Origin: Patescibacteria group bacterium | GTDB taxonomy: Bacteria; Patescibacteriota; Patescibacteriia; Patescibacteriales; UBA12465 | DNA: 64,000 nt | Assembly: GCA_028687275.1 (NCBI GenBank) | Contig: JAQUAK010000001.1 | Location: 420,213 to 484,212 of the forward strand | Reading direction: 5' to 3' | In this document: positions 8,478 through 18,396 of the stretch, piece by piece | How the letters are laid out: the number at the start of each line of letters is the position of its first letter | How positions within the stretch are numbered: the stretch's first letter is position 1 | The notes under the pieces: model-generated | Databases searched by the model: none | The model's input: the letters and a program-made list of their open reading frames with translations, nothing else | What the model was told of the DNA's origin: nothing | Made by a program: the position numbers and the translations under genes

Positions 8478-10763
8478 CTATAATTTAAATTGATAAATAG
8501 CGTCATCATTTAAAATATAAGCTGTTTTGCCATCGGCGCTAAAACTAAAATCTTTAATATTATTCAAGCCTGGTAATTGATATTGGTGAATCAAGCTACC
8601 ATCCAAATTAAAGATAACTAAACGTTTACTTGATTTATCTAAAATAACTATTTTTGAGTCTAGTAATTTAAATAGGGAAGCGCTATTTAGAGCAGGGTCA
8701 AGCGCCTGCAAGGAAAAATCCTGAGCGGCGCCACGTTTGTATTTATCTATCTTGCCGCCATCACGTAAAACATAGATATCACTACTAACAGCAATATCAA
8801 GTGCGCCACTTAAAGAAATTCCTTCCTGCATCCAAGCAGTTTTAGCACCATAAGCAGATCCCTGAGTAGTTAATTTATATATTTGGTTAGCGTCAGGCAT
8901 TAAAAGATATAGGGGTTTACCGCTAATATCATAGAATTGAAAAGATTCAATATTATCATCGGCGCCAACACCATTTAAAACAATGCTAGCATCTTTACCG
9001 CCTTGAGGGTCAACACTAATTAATTTATTATTATCTAAATAATAGATAGTACTATCAAAAACTACTGGCTTATTTAAAGCGTCAATTTGTTCGTTTAAAA
9101 GAATTGAATCTTTTTCCTTATTATTTAAATCTAACGAATAGATTGCCTTACCAGCGGGGTCGGCAACATAAGCAAGATTATCAAAAATAACTAAATTTCT
9201 TGTTTCCGCAGCTGGATTATAGTCCTTAAAATTGGCAATTAATTCAGGATTATCAATCTTAGTTAATTTCTGCACTTGATCGCGTTGTTTTTCAATTGAA
9301 GACAAGAGTGAATCACGTAAGTTAATTTGAGCCTCGCCCTCCACCTTTAGTTCGTTTAAGGCCATAATACTTTCACCAATTAAAACTTTAGCACCGTCTT
9401 CGTTGTTATATAATAAGTATGAATCAATCATAGACTTCTTTTCTTCTAAGGTAGAGATTGATTCATTAAAAAAAGCCAGGGCTGCTTGTTTGCGATTATT
9501 AGCATTAGTAATAATAATACTTGAAACTAAAATAACTGAAACTAAGAATAAAGAAATAAAAAGTAGGCGATGGCGAGAATTAAGATTTTTTATCCAAGAC
9601 AAAGTTTGTTTATAAAAATTTTTCCAAAATCTTGGATTGAATAAATTAAACAAGGTGGCCCCAATAGCACTTAAAGCCGATCTTAATTTTGAGTGGCCAC
9701 GACTAAAACTAATTTTTTCTTTAATCATCTTGGCCGCCGAGAGGGTTGTTTGGCGACTTAAAGATGGTAATGACTTATTTGATGTTAAAGATTTTAATTG
9801 AATACTAGGCCGTACACCACTATTTACCTTTTTCCAAATTTTACTAAATTTTTTCCAATTAAAGAGCCCGGTTGGCGCCAACATTTGCTCAGTACGCTTT
9901 TCCGTAGAATTTAAGTGTGAAATTGAATTATGAGCAGATCGGTAATGATCATCATCAACATCTTCCCTAATTTCGCGATCGCTGGAGCCAATGGTATTTT
10001 TAATAATAATACCTAAGAAGGGAACATAAGAATTTAGCTTAGCTAAAGTTGATTTAATTTGCTCTGCTGCTACCATCGGAGGAAGCTTAGTCACAATATT
10101 AATTAAATCTTTATTAGATAAATATTCTGGTAAGGCTTCATTGCAAAAAATAAAATAAGCTGACGGTGGTATCTCGCCGCTAATGACTGATGAAAAAAAT
10201 TTAGGGCCAGTGGCGTTAGCGTCATCGAGCTTTTCATTACTATCAGTAGCGCTAGTTTCAACATTAATTAATTCAAAATCTTCCTGACGCTTAAAAATTA
10301 AAAATGATTTATTACGACCGAAGCTTGAAAATAAAAGTTTATCTTCAAAAATAACCCCTAAGATAAAGCTGGTGTCTTCAGGTTGTAAGCGAATGCGATC
10401 AGCGGCCAGAAAATCAAGTAAAGCCTTATTTAGTTTAGCTAGGGCAGCTTCAAAAATATTATCCAGACTTAAGCCTTCAATTTTATCCTGCAAAAATAAT
10501 TTCTCATCATTGTAATAAAAATCTTCTAAATTACTGATTATGAAGTCAATCACTTTTTTTGTATCGGCCTTTTTACCATCAATCTCCGCCAGGAAAAACA
10601 ATTTACCAGCGATATTTTCTTTTAAGGCGTCAGGCTGGCTGATAAAAACCTCGCGACTACCAGTTTGGTGTTTCCCGGCATTTAAAATTATTGAGGATAT
10701 TTTGTATTGCATATTATAATATTTTTGCGCAAAATGCGCCCATTTTATTTGACTATTAGCCAT
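8478..10763 (-). CDS. Hypothetical single-pass membrane protein: ~390-aa N-terminal domain, one TM, C-terminal beta-propeller-like repeat domain
   Basis: Long ORF with no signal peptide. It has one TM (LLFISLFLVSVILVSSIIITNA) and a C-terminal half with a recurring blade-like motif (IYSLD, IYYLD, IYKL, IYVLRDGG, VIFNLDG, AYILNDD). Confidence 0.8.
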   Translation of the reverse strand: MANSQIKWAHFAQKYYNMQYKISSIILNAGKHQTGSREVFISQPDALKENIAGKLFFLAEIDGKKADTKKVIDFIISNLEDFYYNDEKLFLQDKIEGLSLDNIFEAALAKLNKALLDFLAADRIRLQPEDTSFILGVIFEDKLLFSSFGRNKSFLIFKRQEDFELINVETSATDSNEKLDDANATGPKFFSSVISGEIPPSAYFIFCNEALPEYLSNKDLINIVTKLPPMVAAEQIKSTLAKLNSYVPFLGIIIKNTIGSSDREIREDVDDDHYRSAHNSISHLNSTEKRTEQMLAPTGLFNWKKFSKIWKKVNSGVRPSIQLKSLTSNKSLPSLSRQTTLSAAKMIKEKISFSRGHSKLRSALSAIGATLFNLFNPRFWKNFYKQTLSWIKNLNSRHRLLFISLFLVSVILVSSIIITNANNRKQAALAFFNESISTLEEKKSMIDSYLLYNNEDGAKVLIGESIMALNELKVEGEAQINLRDSLLSSIEKQRDQVQKLTKIDNPELIANFKDYNPAAETRNLVIFDNLAYVADPAGKAIYSLDLNNKEKDSILLNEQIDALNKPVVFDSTIYYLDNNKLISVDPQGGKDASIVLNGVGADDNIESFQFYDISGKPLYLLMPDANQIYKLTTQGSAYGAKTAWMQEGISLSGALDIAVSSDIYVLRDGGKIDKYKRGAAQDFSLQALDPALNSASLFKLLDSKIVILDKSSKRLVIFNLDGSLIHQYQLPGLNNIKDFSFSADGKTAYILNDDAIYQFKL

Positions 10764-10862
10764 TTCTATTATACTATAAATACAGAAAGAAATAAAGGCA
10801 TAGACAAAAAAATATCCAAAAAACCTTTATTTTTGCTAAAATTTTATTTAATTTTTAAGCTT

Positions 10863-11528
10863 ATGCTTGCTCGAATATTCGGTTCTAACGCTCGTGTTAA
10901 GATACTTAAAGCCTTTTTAAGTAAACCTGAACAAAAATATTATACTAGACAATTAGCTCGCGATTTGGAATTACAGGTTAATTCCGTGCGTCGAGAATTA
11001 GAAAATTTACAAAATATCGGACTGATTAAGGAGCAGCCAGTAGATTATAGCTTAGAAGTTAATGAAGAAATTGTTATAAAAGTTGAAAGAAAATCAAAAA
11101 AAGTAAGTAAAGAGCCAGATAAGAAAGAAGCGCCTAAAAATGAAATTAAATATTTTACAGCAGATATAGACTTCTTATTATTCCGTGAGTTAAAAAGCTT
11201 ATTTGCCAAAGCTAATCTGTTATCATGCCAGGATTTCTTGAAAAATATTGATGATTTGGGGGTCATCACACACCTCTGGCTCAGTGGAATATTTACTGGT
11301 GAAACTAAAGCGCCGGTTGACATACTAATAGTAGGAAAAATAAATAAAACACAATTACTACAAAGAATTAAAAATTTAGAAGTAGATCTAGGCAAAGAGA
11401 TAAATTTTACCATTATGGATGATAGTGAATATGAATACCGAACAGATATTAATGATATTTTTTTGTATAAGCTAAAACAATGCCATACGCTTCATGAAAT
11501 AGATAGAGAAAAAGGGGGAAATAAATAA
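10863..11528 (+). CDS. Winged-helix (ArsR-like) transcriptional regulator with extra C-terminal domain
   Basis: N-terminus ARVKILKAFLSKPEQKYYTRQLARDLELQVNSVRRELENLQNIGLI is a wHTH. I prefer the ATG at 10863; the tracked 10707 start would overlap the divergent gene. Confidence 0.7.
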   Translation: MLARIFGSNARVKILKAFLSKPEQKYYTRQLARDLELQVNSVRRELENLQNIGLIKEQPVDYSLEVNEEIVIKVERKSKKVSKEPDKKEAPKNEIKYFTADIDFLLFRELKSLFAKANLLSCQDFLKNIDDLGVITHLWLSGIFTGETKAPVDILIVGKINKTQLLQRIKNLEVDLGKEINFTIMDDSEYEYRTDINDIFLYKLKQCHTLHEIDREKGGNK

Positions 11529-11531
11529 TCT

Positions 11532-13466
11532 ATGAAATATAAAGCAAATTTAATCTATGCTGGAATTTTAACACTAAGGCTGTTGTTAGCAGCTTTAGTT
11601 TTATTTTTATTAGCCTTAATCATCAGCTTTATTCTTAGTTGGCAAAGCTGGCGTTCTTTTGTGGCTAACGGGTTACAGGCTAAAGACCAACTAAGTCTTG
11701 CTTTAGTTGAACTACAAAATAAAAATTGGCCTGACGCCAAAATAAAATTAGAATCTGCAGAAATATTCTTACTTGAGAGTAGATCTGATTTACAGAAACT
11801 ACAAAATGAATGGCTTCCAGCTAAATTTAAAATTGGAAGTTCTCAGATTAATGATTTAAAAAATCTAAATGACACTGGCCTGATTTTGACTCGCAGTGCT
11901 TTGCAGGTAAGTGTACTGGCTCAAAATTTAAGCGCCTCCTCTTTTATCGCTACCAATAATTTTAATGATTTAGATTTAAGCCAAAAAGAAAATTTTCTCC
12001 AAGCTTTAATTGCTCTGGAGCCAGAATTAAACGGTTTAAAGGCTAATCTTGACCTAGCCGTCATTAACCTTGATAGAATTCACCCTTATGGTATCCTTTG
12101 GCCAATTAAGGGACAATTAAGTAAACTGCGCATACAAATCGACACTGGACACAAAGTAATTAGCGAATCTTTACCAATACTTAGACTATTGCCGGCTTTT
12201 AGCGGCTATCCCCAAACCACACATTATTTAATTATGCTGCAAAACAATGATGAACTTAGGCCAACCGGTGGTTTTTTAGGCTCCTATGTACGTCTTGATA
12301 TTGCTAATTTTGGAGAAATTAAACGCTTGGAGGCGGACGATATCTATCACTTAGATATGCCTGCTATTGGGAAAACTAATTTTGAAGCTCCGGCTGCTAT
12401 TAGTAAATATTTAAAAGTTGATAATTGGTATTTACGTGATGCCAACTGGTCACCAGACTGGCCCCAATCAGCTCGCCAAATACAAACAATGTTTCAAGCT
12501 GAGAGTGCTGCCGGCGGCTTATCAGAGCCTGAACTTGATGGCGTCTTAGCAATTACGCCCGACTTTGTTGCTAGCTTACTCAAGATTACCGGACCAATAA
12601 TTGTTAGAGGACAAAGTTATGCCCCTGAAAACATGCAAGCCCTTTTGCAATATAACGTTGAAGTCGCCTATAAAGATGATGATATTTCCTCATGGGACCG
12701 AAAAGATATTATTAATGAATTAATTAATGCCTTACGCGACAAGCTAACTCAATTGCCTCTAAAACGCTATCCTGACCTATTAAACAACCTATACACCAGT
12801 ATTAACCGAGGCGATTTATTAATCTATTTTAATAACCCTCAACAACAAATTTTAGCCAAAGAATTAGGAGCAAGCGGTGCCATAATTCAAGGCAGCGGTG
12901 ATTATTTAATGGTAGTAGATGCAAACTTAGCCGCCTTCAAAAGTGACGCCGTCATGAAAAAAAATATTAGCTACAAAATTGATTCTAGTAATAATCGTTT
13001 AATAGCCTCACTTCGCTTAAATTATCAGCACGGCGGGGGCTTTGACTGGCGCACAACTAGATATCGCAGTTACACCCGAATACTAGCGCCTCTAGGCAGT
13101 GAGCTTAAAGAAATAAGCAATATTAATCAAACTGAGGCTGATTTTATCAGTTATGATGATTTAGAATTAAATAAACATGTCTTTGGTTTCTTCTGGAGTA
13201 TTGAGCCCGGACAAAGCAAGGAAGTGAAATTATCATATTATCTACCAGCAAATATTAACAATTCATTTAATAGTGATAAGCTGTACACTCTTTTTGTACA
13301 ACGTCAGCCAGGCAGTCAAATTGAAAACTTTTCTTTAACTATTAACAGCAATAAAGAGATATTAAAGAGTAGCTCTCTAAATTTAAGTGCGGCTCAAAGT
13401 AAAGATGCAGTTTTTTGGACGAGCAGGCTAGAAAGCAGTCAGTACTTCCAAGTATTGACAAAATAG
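11532..13466 (+). CDS. DUF4012 domain-containing envelope protein
   Basis: N-terminal TM plus the motif NNDELRPTGGFLGSY, which I recognise as the DUF4012 hallmark. It lies in a glycan locus. Confidence 0.75.
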   Translation: MKYKANLIYAGILTLRLLLAALVLFLLALIISFILSWQSWRSFVANGLQAKDQLSLALVELQNKNWPDAKIKLESAEIFLLESRSDLQKLQNEWLPAKFKIGSSQINDLKNLNDTGLILTRSALQVSVLAQNLSASSFIATNNFNDLDLSQKENFLQALIALEPELNGLKANLDLAVINLDRIHPYGILWPIKGQLSKLRIQIDTGHKVISESLPILRLLPAFSGYPQTTHYLIMLQNNDELRPTGGFLGSYVRLDIANFGEIKRLEADDIYHLDMPAIGKTNFEAPAAISKYLKVDNWYLRDANWSPDWPQSARQIQTMFQAESAAGGLSEPELDGVLAITPDFVASLLKITGPIIVRGQSYAPENMQALLQYNVEVAYKDDDISSWDRKDIINELINALRDKLTQLPLKRYPDLLNNLYTSINRGDLLIYFNNPQQQILAKELGASGAIIQGSGDYLMVVDANLAAFKSDAVMKKNISYKIDSSNNRLIASLRLNYQHGGGFDWRTTRYRSYTRILAPLGSELKEISNINQTEADFISYDDLELNKHVFGFFWSIEPGQSKEVKLSYYLPANINNSFNSDKLYTLFVQRQPGSQIENFSLTINSNKEILKSSSLNLSAAQSKDAVFWTSRLESSQYFQVLTK

Positions 13467-13564
13467 ATAAAAATAAATTAATATAATAATGAGACTAACT
13501 TCAAGCCCGGGAAACTGGTGACTTAAGCGTCTTAATCTTCCATCCCTTTCAAAAGGGAATATAG

Positions 13565-13598
13565 CCTCTAGAGCTTCAAAGCTTTGGAGGTTTTTTTT
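13565..13598 (+). terminator. Intrinsic terminator after DUF4012 gene
   Basis: An 11-bp stem (cctctagagct / agctttggagg, two G-U pairs) with a 4-nt loop, followed by T8. Confidence 0.8.
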
Positions 13599-13625
13599 GA
13601 CAAAATATGATTAATATATTATAAT
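13597..13625 (+). promoter_or_regulatory. Consensus sigma70 promoter for 13678 gene
   Basis: TTGACA at 13597-13602, a 17-nt spacer and TATAAT at 13620-13625. Both hexamers are perfect. Confidence 0.7.
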
Positions 13626-13677
13626 CCAATATCAATATTCATTAACAATAGAATAAAAACCTCAAAACCCAGATAAA

Positions 13678-14697
13678 ATGAAAAAGAAACTTTTGATCAT
13701 ATTACTTGTTGCCGCAAGCATGGCGACAAAAGCACAGGTTAAAACCTGTGTATATTGGACCGCGTCTACTATGACCGCTAACATGGTTCCAATGGTGGCC
13801 AAATCTGGCCTCCTGATTATAGACATAGAGAACACGGTTAATAATCCGGAAGTATTTAGAGAGATAATAAAAATCAATCCAAATACGAAAGTTCTAATCT
13901 ATATAAATCCCATGGAAATGTGGGACAGAGATATTAGCGATCGCCCCTTGGGGCAAAAGTTAAAATCGATAACACCGACAGAATTCAGCTTAAAAAGAAC
14001 AGACAAATCTCCGGTTGTATTCTGGCCAAATATGCATATGATGAATCTATCCATGCATTGCCCGGTAATAAACAAAGTTCAGTACAATGAATTCTACGTT
14101 AATTGGCTTAACTCAGTTCTAACAGCGAACAATATTCCTGCCCATGGTAGATTCGTTGATAACGGGACAGCTACTGTGAGCTGGGTTGACGCTAGAATTG
14201 ACGCCGATAACGACGGCACAAAAGACCCTGCGGCCGCTCTTGATAACTCATGGAAGTCTGGCATGATTAAATTATTTGATTTATTACGCAAAGGTAAGGA
14301 TAAAGATTTTATTCTTGTTAGTAATAAAGCAGAAAAATCATTCTTTTTTCTAAATAATGGATCTATGTTCGAAGATTTTCCTAACAATTATTTAGGAGAC
14401 ACTACTGCTGGTGGATGGTATCGCTGTATGGAATTAGCTAAGAAAGCTGGACCATACACCATCTTCCAAAGCCATCCTAATAATCTTGAGTTTGTACTTG
14501 CTAGCAGTCTTTTATTAGACAATGTCTATATCTGCTTAGATCAGAATAGGGTTATTCCTGAAGAATATCTAATAAATACAGGCAAGCCCCTAGGAGATTA
14601 CTACGAAAATAACGGCCTTCAGTGTCGTGACTATGAGAATTACCTAATTGAGGTAAACCCAGAGAATAAAAGCGCTCGTTTTATCAAGCGAAAATAA
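13678..14697 (+). CDS. Secreted putative glycoside hydrolase (GHL15-like TIM barrel), GC-elevated
   Basis: Signal peptide MKKKLLIILLVAASMATKAQ. It is a paralogue of the N-terminal domain of the 34735-36738 product (shared LIIDIEN / VILDMEN, NPE, DADNDG / DFDNDG, MFEDFP / MLESFP). The family name is from memory. Confidence 0.6.
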   Translation: MKKKLLIILLVAASMATKAQVKTCVYWTASTMTANMVPMVAKSGLLIIDIENTVNNPEVFREIIKINPNTKVLIYINPMEMWDRDISDRPLGQKLKSITPTEFSLKRTDKSPVVFWPNMHMMNLSMHCPVINKVQYNEFYVNWLNSVLTANNIPAHGRFVDNGTATVSWVDARIDADNDGTKDPAAALDNSWKSGMIKLFDLLRKGKDKDFILVSNKAEKSFFFLNNGSMFEDFPNNYLGDTTAGGWYRCMELAKKAGPYTIFQSHPNNLEFVLASSLLLDNVYICLDQNRVIPEEYLINTGKPLGDYYENNGLQCRDYENYLIEVNPENKSARFIKRK

Positions 14698-14704
14698 AAG
14701 CTTA

Positions 14705-14736
14705 AGGGTTCGACAAAGCATGTCGGACCTTTTTTT
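14705..14736 (+). terminator. Intrinsic terminator
   Basis: Stem ggttcgaca / tgtcggacc (one G-U pair) with a 5-nt loop, followed by T7. Confidence 0.8.
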
Positions 14737-14766
14737 ATTCTGTTTTATAAGCTATTATATATTTAT

Positions 14767-16047
14767 ATGATAAGTATCTACCTAATTATCTCCTTCATCG
14801 CCAGCGTATTTACTTACGCCTTATACCCCATTACAGGCCTCTTTTTGCTTTCTCTTAGCAGTGCTGTAATTGCCTGGGACTTTAATATTGGCAATTTAAA
14901 TATTCCACTATCAGATTTAATTGCCTTTTTAAGTTTTGGAGCCTGGTTCTTAATTATACTATATAGACTTATCTTTAATCCTTACAAGCGCATTAAAATA
15001 AAGTTTCCTCTAATTTTTCCTTTTGCTATTTTTATCTTAATTGCCGTACTTTCACTTTTAAACCACCCAAATCCTGGCGCCGGAGTTTATTATGTTTTTA
15101 GATGGTTAATTCTGTTATACGCTGCCTACATATTTCTTCCACATAATCTGATTAAAAAAGAAAAAGATTTAAAATTAGTTATTTGGGGATTAGCCATTTC
15201 CTCATTATTAGTAATGATTAGCGGCTGGTTATCTCTACTAGGGCAAGACTGGCAGAATGATTTTTTTAGACTACAATCAATCTCTTGGAATGGCATATTT
15301 CCTTTTGGTGAAAATCATAATCTAATAGCCGAATTTTTATGTCTTGGCTCTTTCGTTTGGTTAGCTCTTAAAGAATGGACGAAATCTATTCGTTGGCAAA
15401 AAATATATACAAGTATTTTTATTTTAATGATAACGGCGACTATTATCACTTTTTCCAGGTCTGCCTGGATAACCTTGTTTTTACAACTGAGTGTTTATAT
15501 CTTATGGAAACAAAGGCAATATATCAAAAAACAAGCAGCTTTAATTATTCTAAGCATCTTTGCTTTAATGTTATTAATGCTACCAGTATTTGGACGTATG
15601 CAAATATTACAAGATCGTAACATTAGTTCAACTGAAAATAGAGTGCTATTAACTGAAATTGCTTATAAGGCCTGGTTGGATAAACCGATGCTGGGCCAGG
15701 GAATTGGTCGCTTTACTGATTTAGTGGCTAATAATATTCGCTTTACCGCTAAATACGGGGAAGCCATCGACTCTCACGGCTTCCTGCAAAAAATTATTGC
15801 TGAAATGGGAGCACTAGGATTAATTACTTGGCTTTTTTTATTAGCCGTTATTTTAAAACAGGCTATAATCGGTTTAAAAAATTATAATGAGCGCGCGCCC
15901 TGGCTTTTGCCGCTATGGCTAGCCGCAGGTGGATCAATGTTTTATCAATTATTTAATACCTCTTATTATAAAGGAAAGGTTTGGTTGATTATTTCGCTGG
16001 CATTAATCGCTACTGAATTAGCAAGAAAAAAATATGGAAAAAATTAA
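14767..16047 (+). CDS. O-antigen ligase/polymerase-like (Wzy_C-type) integral membrane protein
   Basis: It has about 10 TM helices, the FSRSAWITLFLQL segment and a periplasmic loop typical of the Wzy/WaaL family. It lies in the GT cluster. Confidence 0.7.
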   Translation: MISIYLIISFIASVFTYALYPITGLFLLSLSSAVIAWDFNIGNLNIPLSDLIAFLSFGAWFLIILYRLIFNPYKRIKIKFPLIFPFAIFILIAVLSLLNHPNPGAGVYYVFRWLILLYAAYIFLPHNLIKKEKDLKLVIWGLAISSLLVMISGWLSLLGQDWQNDFFRLQSISWNGIFPFGENHNLIAEFLCLGSFVWLALKEWTKSIRWQKIYTSIFILMITATIITFSRSAWITLFLQLSVYILWKQRQYIKKQAALIILSIFALMLLMLPVFGRMQILQDRNISSTENRVLLTEIAYKAWLDKPMLGQGIGRFTDLVANNIRFTAKYGEAIDSHGFLQKIIAEMGALGLITWLFLLAVILKQAIIGLKNYNERAPWLLPLWLAAGGSMFYQLFNTSYYKGKVWLIISLALIATELARKKYGKN

Positions 16048-17143
16048 AATCTGCTACATAATGCCGTCGATGGCTCGGGGCGGAGCCGAACGCTTTCTAA
16101 TTGATTTATTAAATAATTTAGATAAGTCAATTTTTGAGCCCAGTGTCATCTTATTTAAAGATAAAGGCCCATATTATTCAGAATTAATTGAACAAAAAAT
16201 TAATGTATACTCCTTGAGCAAGAAGTCAAAGCTTGGCTTAATAAATTTCTACCGCATACTAACTCTTTTAAAAAAAATATCCCCACAGATTGTTCATACG
16301 CAATTAGGGGGCGATATTCGTGGTCGCTTAGCGGCCTATTTTAATGGCATTAAGATTATAATCTCGACTGAACAAAATATTAATAATAGCGAAAAATGGT
16401 ATCAAAGATTAGTTAAATCTATTACCAGCTTAACTAGCACCACTATTATTGCTATTTCTCAAGCCGTCGCTGATGATATGCGTAAGCGCTATCATCTGCC
16501 AGCTGAAAAATGCAACTTAATTATTCCTAATGGGATTGATTTAACAAAATTTAAATACCAAGAAAAAATTACAGATGCCAGCAATAAAAATATAGGCGCC
16601 ATCGGGAGGCTTCATCAACAAAAAGGCTTTGATCTATTAATTAATGCCTGGGATATAATAAAACCAAAAAGTGCTCATTTGTTAATTGCCGGGGAAGGGC
16701 TAGAACGTGAAAAACTTGAACATCAAATTAATCAAGCAAATCTCAAGCAAGAAATAAATCTAATTGGTGACGTTCAGCATGTTAATTTCTTTTACGAGAA
16801 TCTAGACTTGCTAATAATTCCTTCGCGCTGGGAGGGGCTAGGTATCGTTGCCCTTGAAGCCGGAGCAAAAGGTGTCCCCATCTTAGCAAGTGATGCCGAC
16901 GGGCTGAAAGAAGTTCTTAACAACGAGAATGCCTGGATATTTAAAGCCTGTGATCAAGATTCTTTAGTGGAACAGTTAAAATTAGCCCTGAGTCAGCTAG
17001 CGAGCAAGGAGACTGTTGTAAAACAAAAGAAGCTGCGTCAATATATAGAAGAGAAATTTGATATTATAAAAATTACTCAACAGTATTCTGATTTATATTT
17101 AAAATTGTGGCAAAAAAAATATGAAAATTCTGCAAGTAAATAA
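16034..17143 (+). CDS. Glycosyltransferase family 4 (GT-B)
   Basis: N-terminus MARGGAERF and a C-terminal EX7E region (RWEGLGIVALEAGAKGVPILASDADGLKEV). It overlaps the upstream gene by 14 nt. Confidence 0.9.
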   Translation: MEKIKICYIMPSMARGGAERFLIDLLNNLDKSIFEPSVILFKDKGPYYSELIEQKINVYSLSKKSKLGLINFYRILTLLKKISPQIVHTQLGGDIRGRLAAYFNGIKIIISTEQNINNSEKWYQRLVKSITSLTSTTIIAISQAVADDMRKRYHLPAEKCNLIIPNGIDLTKFKYQEKITDASNKNIGAIGRLHQQKGFDLLINAWDIIKPKSAHLLIAGEGLEREKLEHQINQANLKQEINLIGDVQHVNFFYENLDLLIIPSRWEGLGIVALEAGAKGVPILASDADGLKEVLNNENAWIFKACDQDSLVEQLKLALSQLASKETVVKQKKLRQYIEEKFDIIKITQQYSDLYLKLWQKKYENSASK

Positions 17144-18332
17144 ATTTCACTATCCACGCGGAGGTGCTGATATATACTATTTAGATTTATCCGAAAATTT
17201 ACGAAAGCTGGGACATGAAGTGGCTAATTTTTCCATGCAACATCCGCTTAATTTACCCTCAAAATGGTCAAAGTATTTTGTTAGTCGAGTTAGTTTCAAT
17301 GAGAACATCTGGAAGTATATCTGGAAAATTCCCGGACGCTTATTATATAGCCTTGAAGCTAAGAGAAAATTTGCAGCCATAATTGCAGATTTTAAACCAG
17401 ATATCATTCATTGTCACAATATTTATCACCAGTTATCACCTTCAATTTTAAGCGCCGCTAAAAAAGCAAAAATACCAGTTATAATACATTTACATGATTA
17501 CGCTTTAATCTGTCCAAATCACAGTCTTTTTACTAACAACCAAATATGCGAACGCTGTCTTTCAGGCAATTACTGGCACTGCGTTAATAATAAATGTGTC
17601 AAAAACTCACGTTTAGCCAGTCTACTGGCGGCTATCGAATTATACTTGCACAACAAGATCTTCAATATATACCAAAAAAACACTGATATTTTTATTAGCC
17701 CTAGTGAATTCCTTAAAAACTTATTTATCTCAAATAAATGGCCTCAAAATAAATTTAGAGTCGTGGCTAATAGCTTTCGCCAAAATTTAACAAGTAGTAA
17801 AAGCGGAATTAAAGAAGACTACTTTCTCTATTTTGGACGTCTAAGTCAAGAGAAGGGAGTTGACCTTGCTATTAAGGCTTTGGATTTAGCGCCAAATTTA
17901 AAATTAAAAATTGTTGGTCGCGGCCCAGCTGAAGATGCGCTAAAAATAATGGCTAAAGATAATAAGAATATTGAATTTATTGGCTGGCAAGATGGAGCAG
18001 TCCTTGGAGATTTAATCAGCAAAGCTAAGGCCGTATTAATTCCTTCTCGGTGGTTAGAGAATTTTCCCCTAAACGCCTTAGAAAGTATTTCTTTAGGAAC
18101 GCCAGTAATAGCTTCTAACATTGGAGGCTTGCCTGAAATTATTAATAATACTAATGGGGCCTTGGTAAAAGTTGACGACTCAAAAGAACTGACCGAAGTC
18201 ATGATGTCTATTGTCACGGGGAGTCTTAGCTGGACAAGAGAAAATGTTAAGTTAAGTGCAGAAAAATATACGCCAGAAAATAACTTACAAAAAGTTTTAA
18301 AGATTTATGAGGATATTTTAAGAGTTAAATAG
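17121..18332 (+). CDS. Glycosyltransferase family 4 (GT-B)
   Basis: YPRGGADIY at the N-terminus and SRWLENFPLNALESISLGTPVIASNIGGLPEII at the C-terminus. It overlaps the upstream GT by 23 nt. Confidence 0.9.
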   Translation: MKILQVNKFHYPRGGADIYYLDLSENLRKLGHEVANFSMQHPLNLPSKWSKYFVSRVSFNENIWKYIWKIPGRLLYSLEAKRKFAAIIADFKPDIIHCHNIYHQLSPSILSAAKKAKIPVIIHLHDYALICPNHSLFTNNQICERCLSGNYWHCVNNKCVKNSRLASLLAAIELYLHNKIFNIYQKNTDIFISPSEFLKNLFISNKWPQNKFRVVANSFRQNLTSSKSGIKEDYFLYFGRLSQEKGVDLAIKALDLAPNLKLKIVGRGPAEDALKIMAKDNKNIEFIGWQDGAVLGDLISKAKAVLIPSRWLENFPLNALESISLGTPVIASNIGGLPEIINNTNGALVKVDDSKELTEVMMSIVTGSLSWTRENVKLSAEKYTPENNLQKVLKIYEDILRVK

Positions 18333-18345
18333 TGATTTAATCCAC

Positions 18346-18376
18346 AAAAAAACTCCTTTTCACTAAGGAGTTTTTT
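18346..18376. terminator. Bidirectional terminator between convergent genes
   Basis: Stem ctcctt / aaggag with a 6-nt loop. An A7 run lies upstream and a T6 run downstream. Confidence 0.8.
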
Positions 18377-18396
18377 GATACTATCAATTGAATATT

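Noticed and set aside
10707-10862. The long N-terminal extension of the wHTH regulator ORF (tracked start at 10707).
   Set aside because: The extension overlaps the divergent 761-aa gene start and the promoter region, and its sequence is Ile/Phe/Tyr-rich junk. The wHTH domain begins right after the ATG at 10863.
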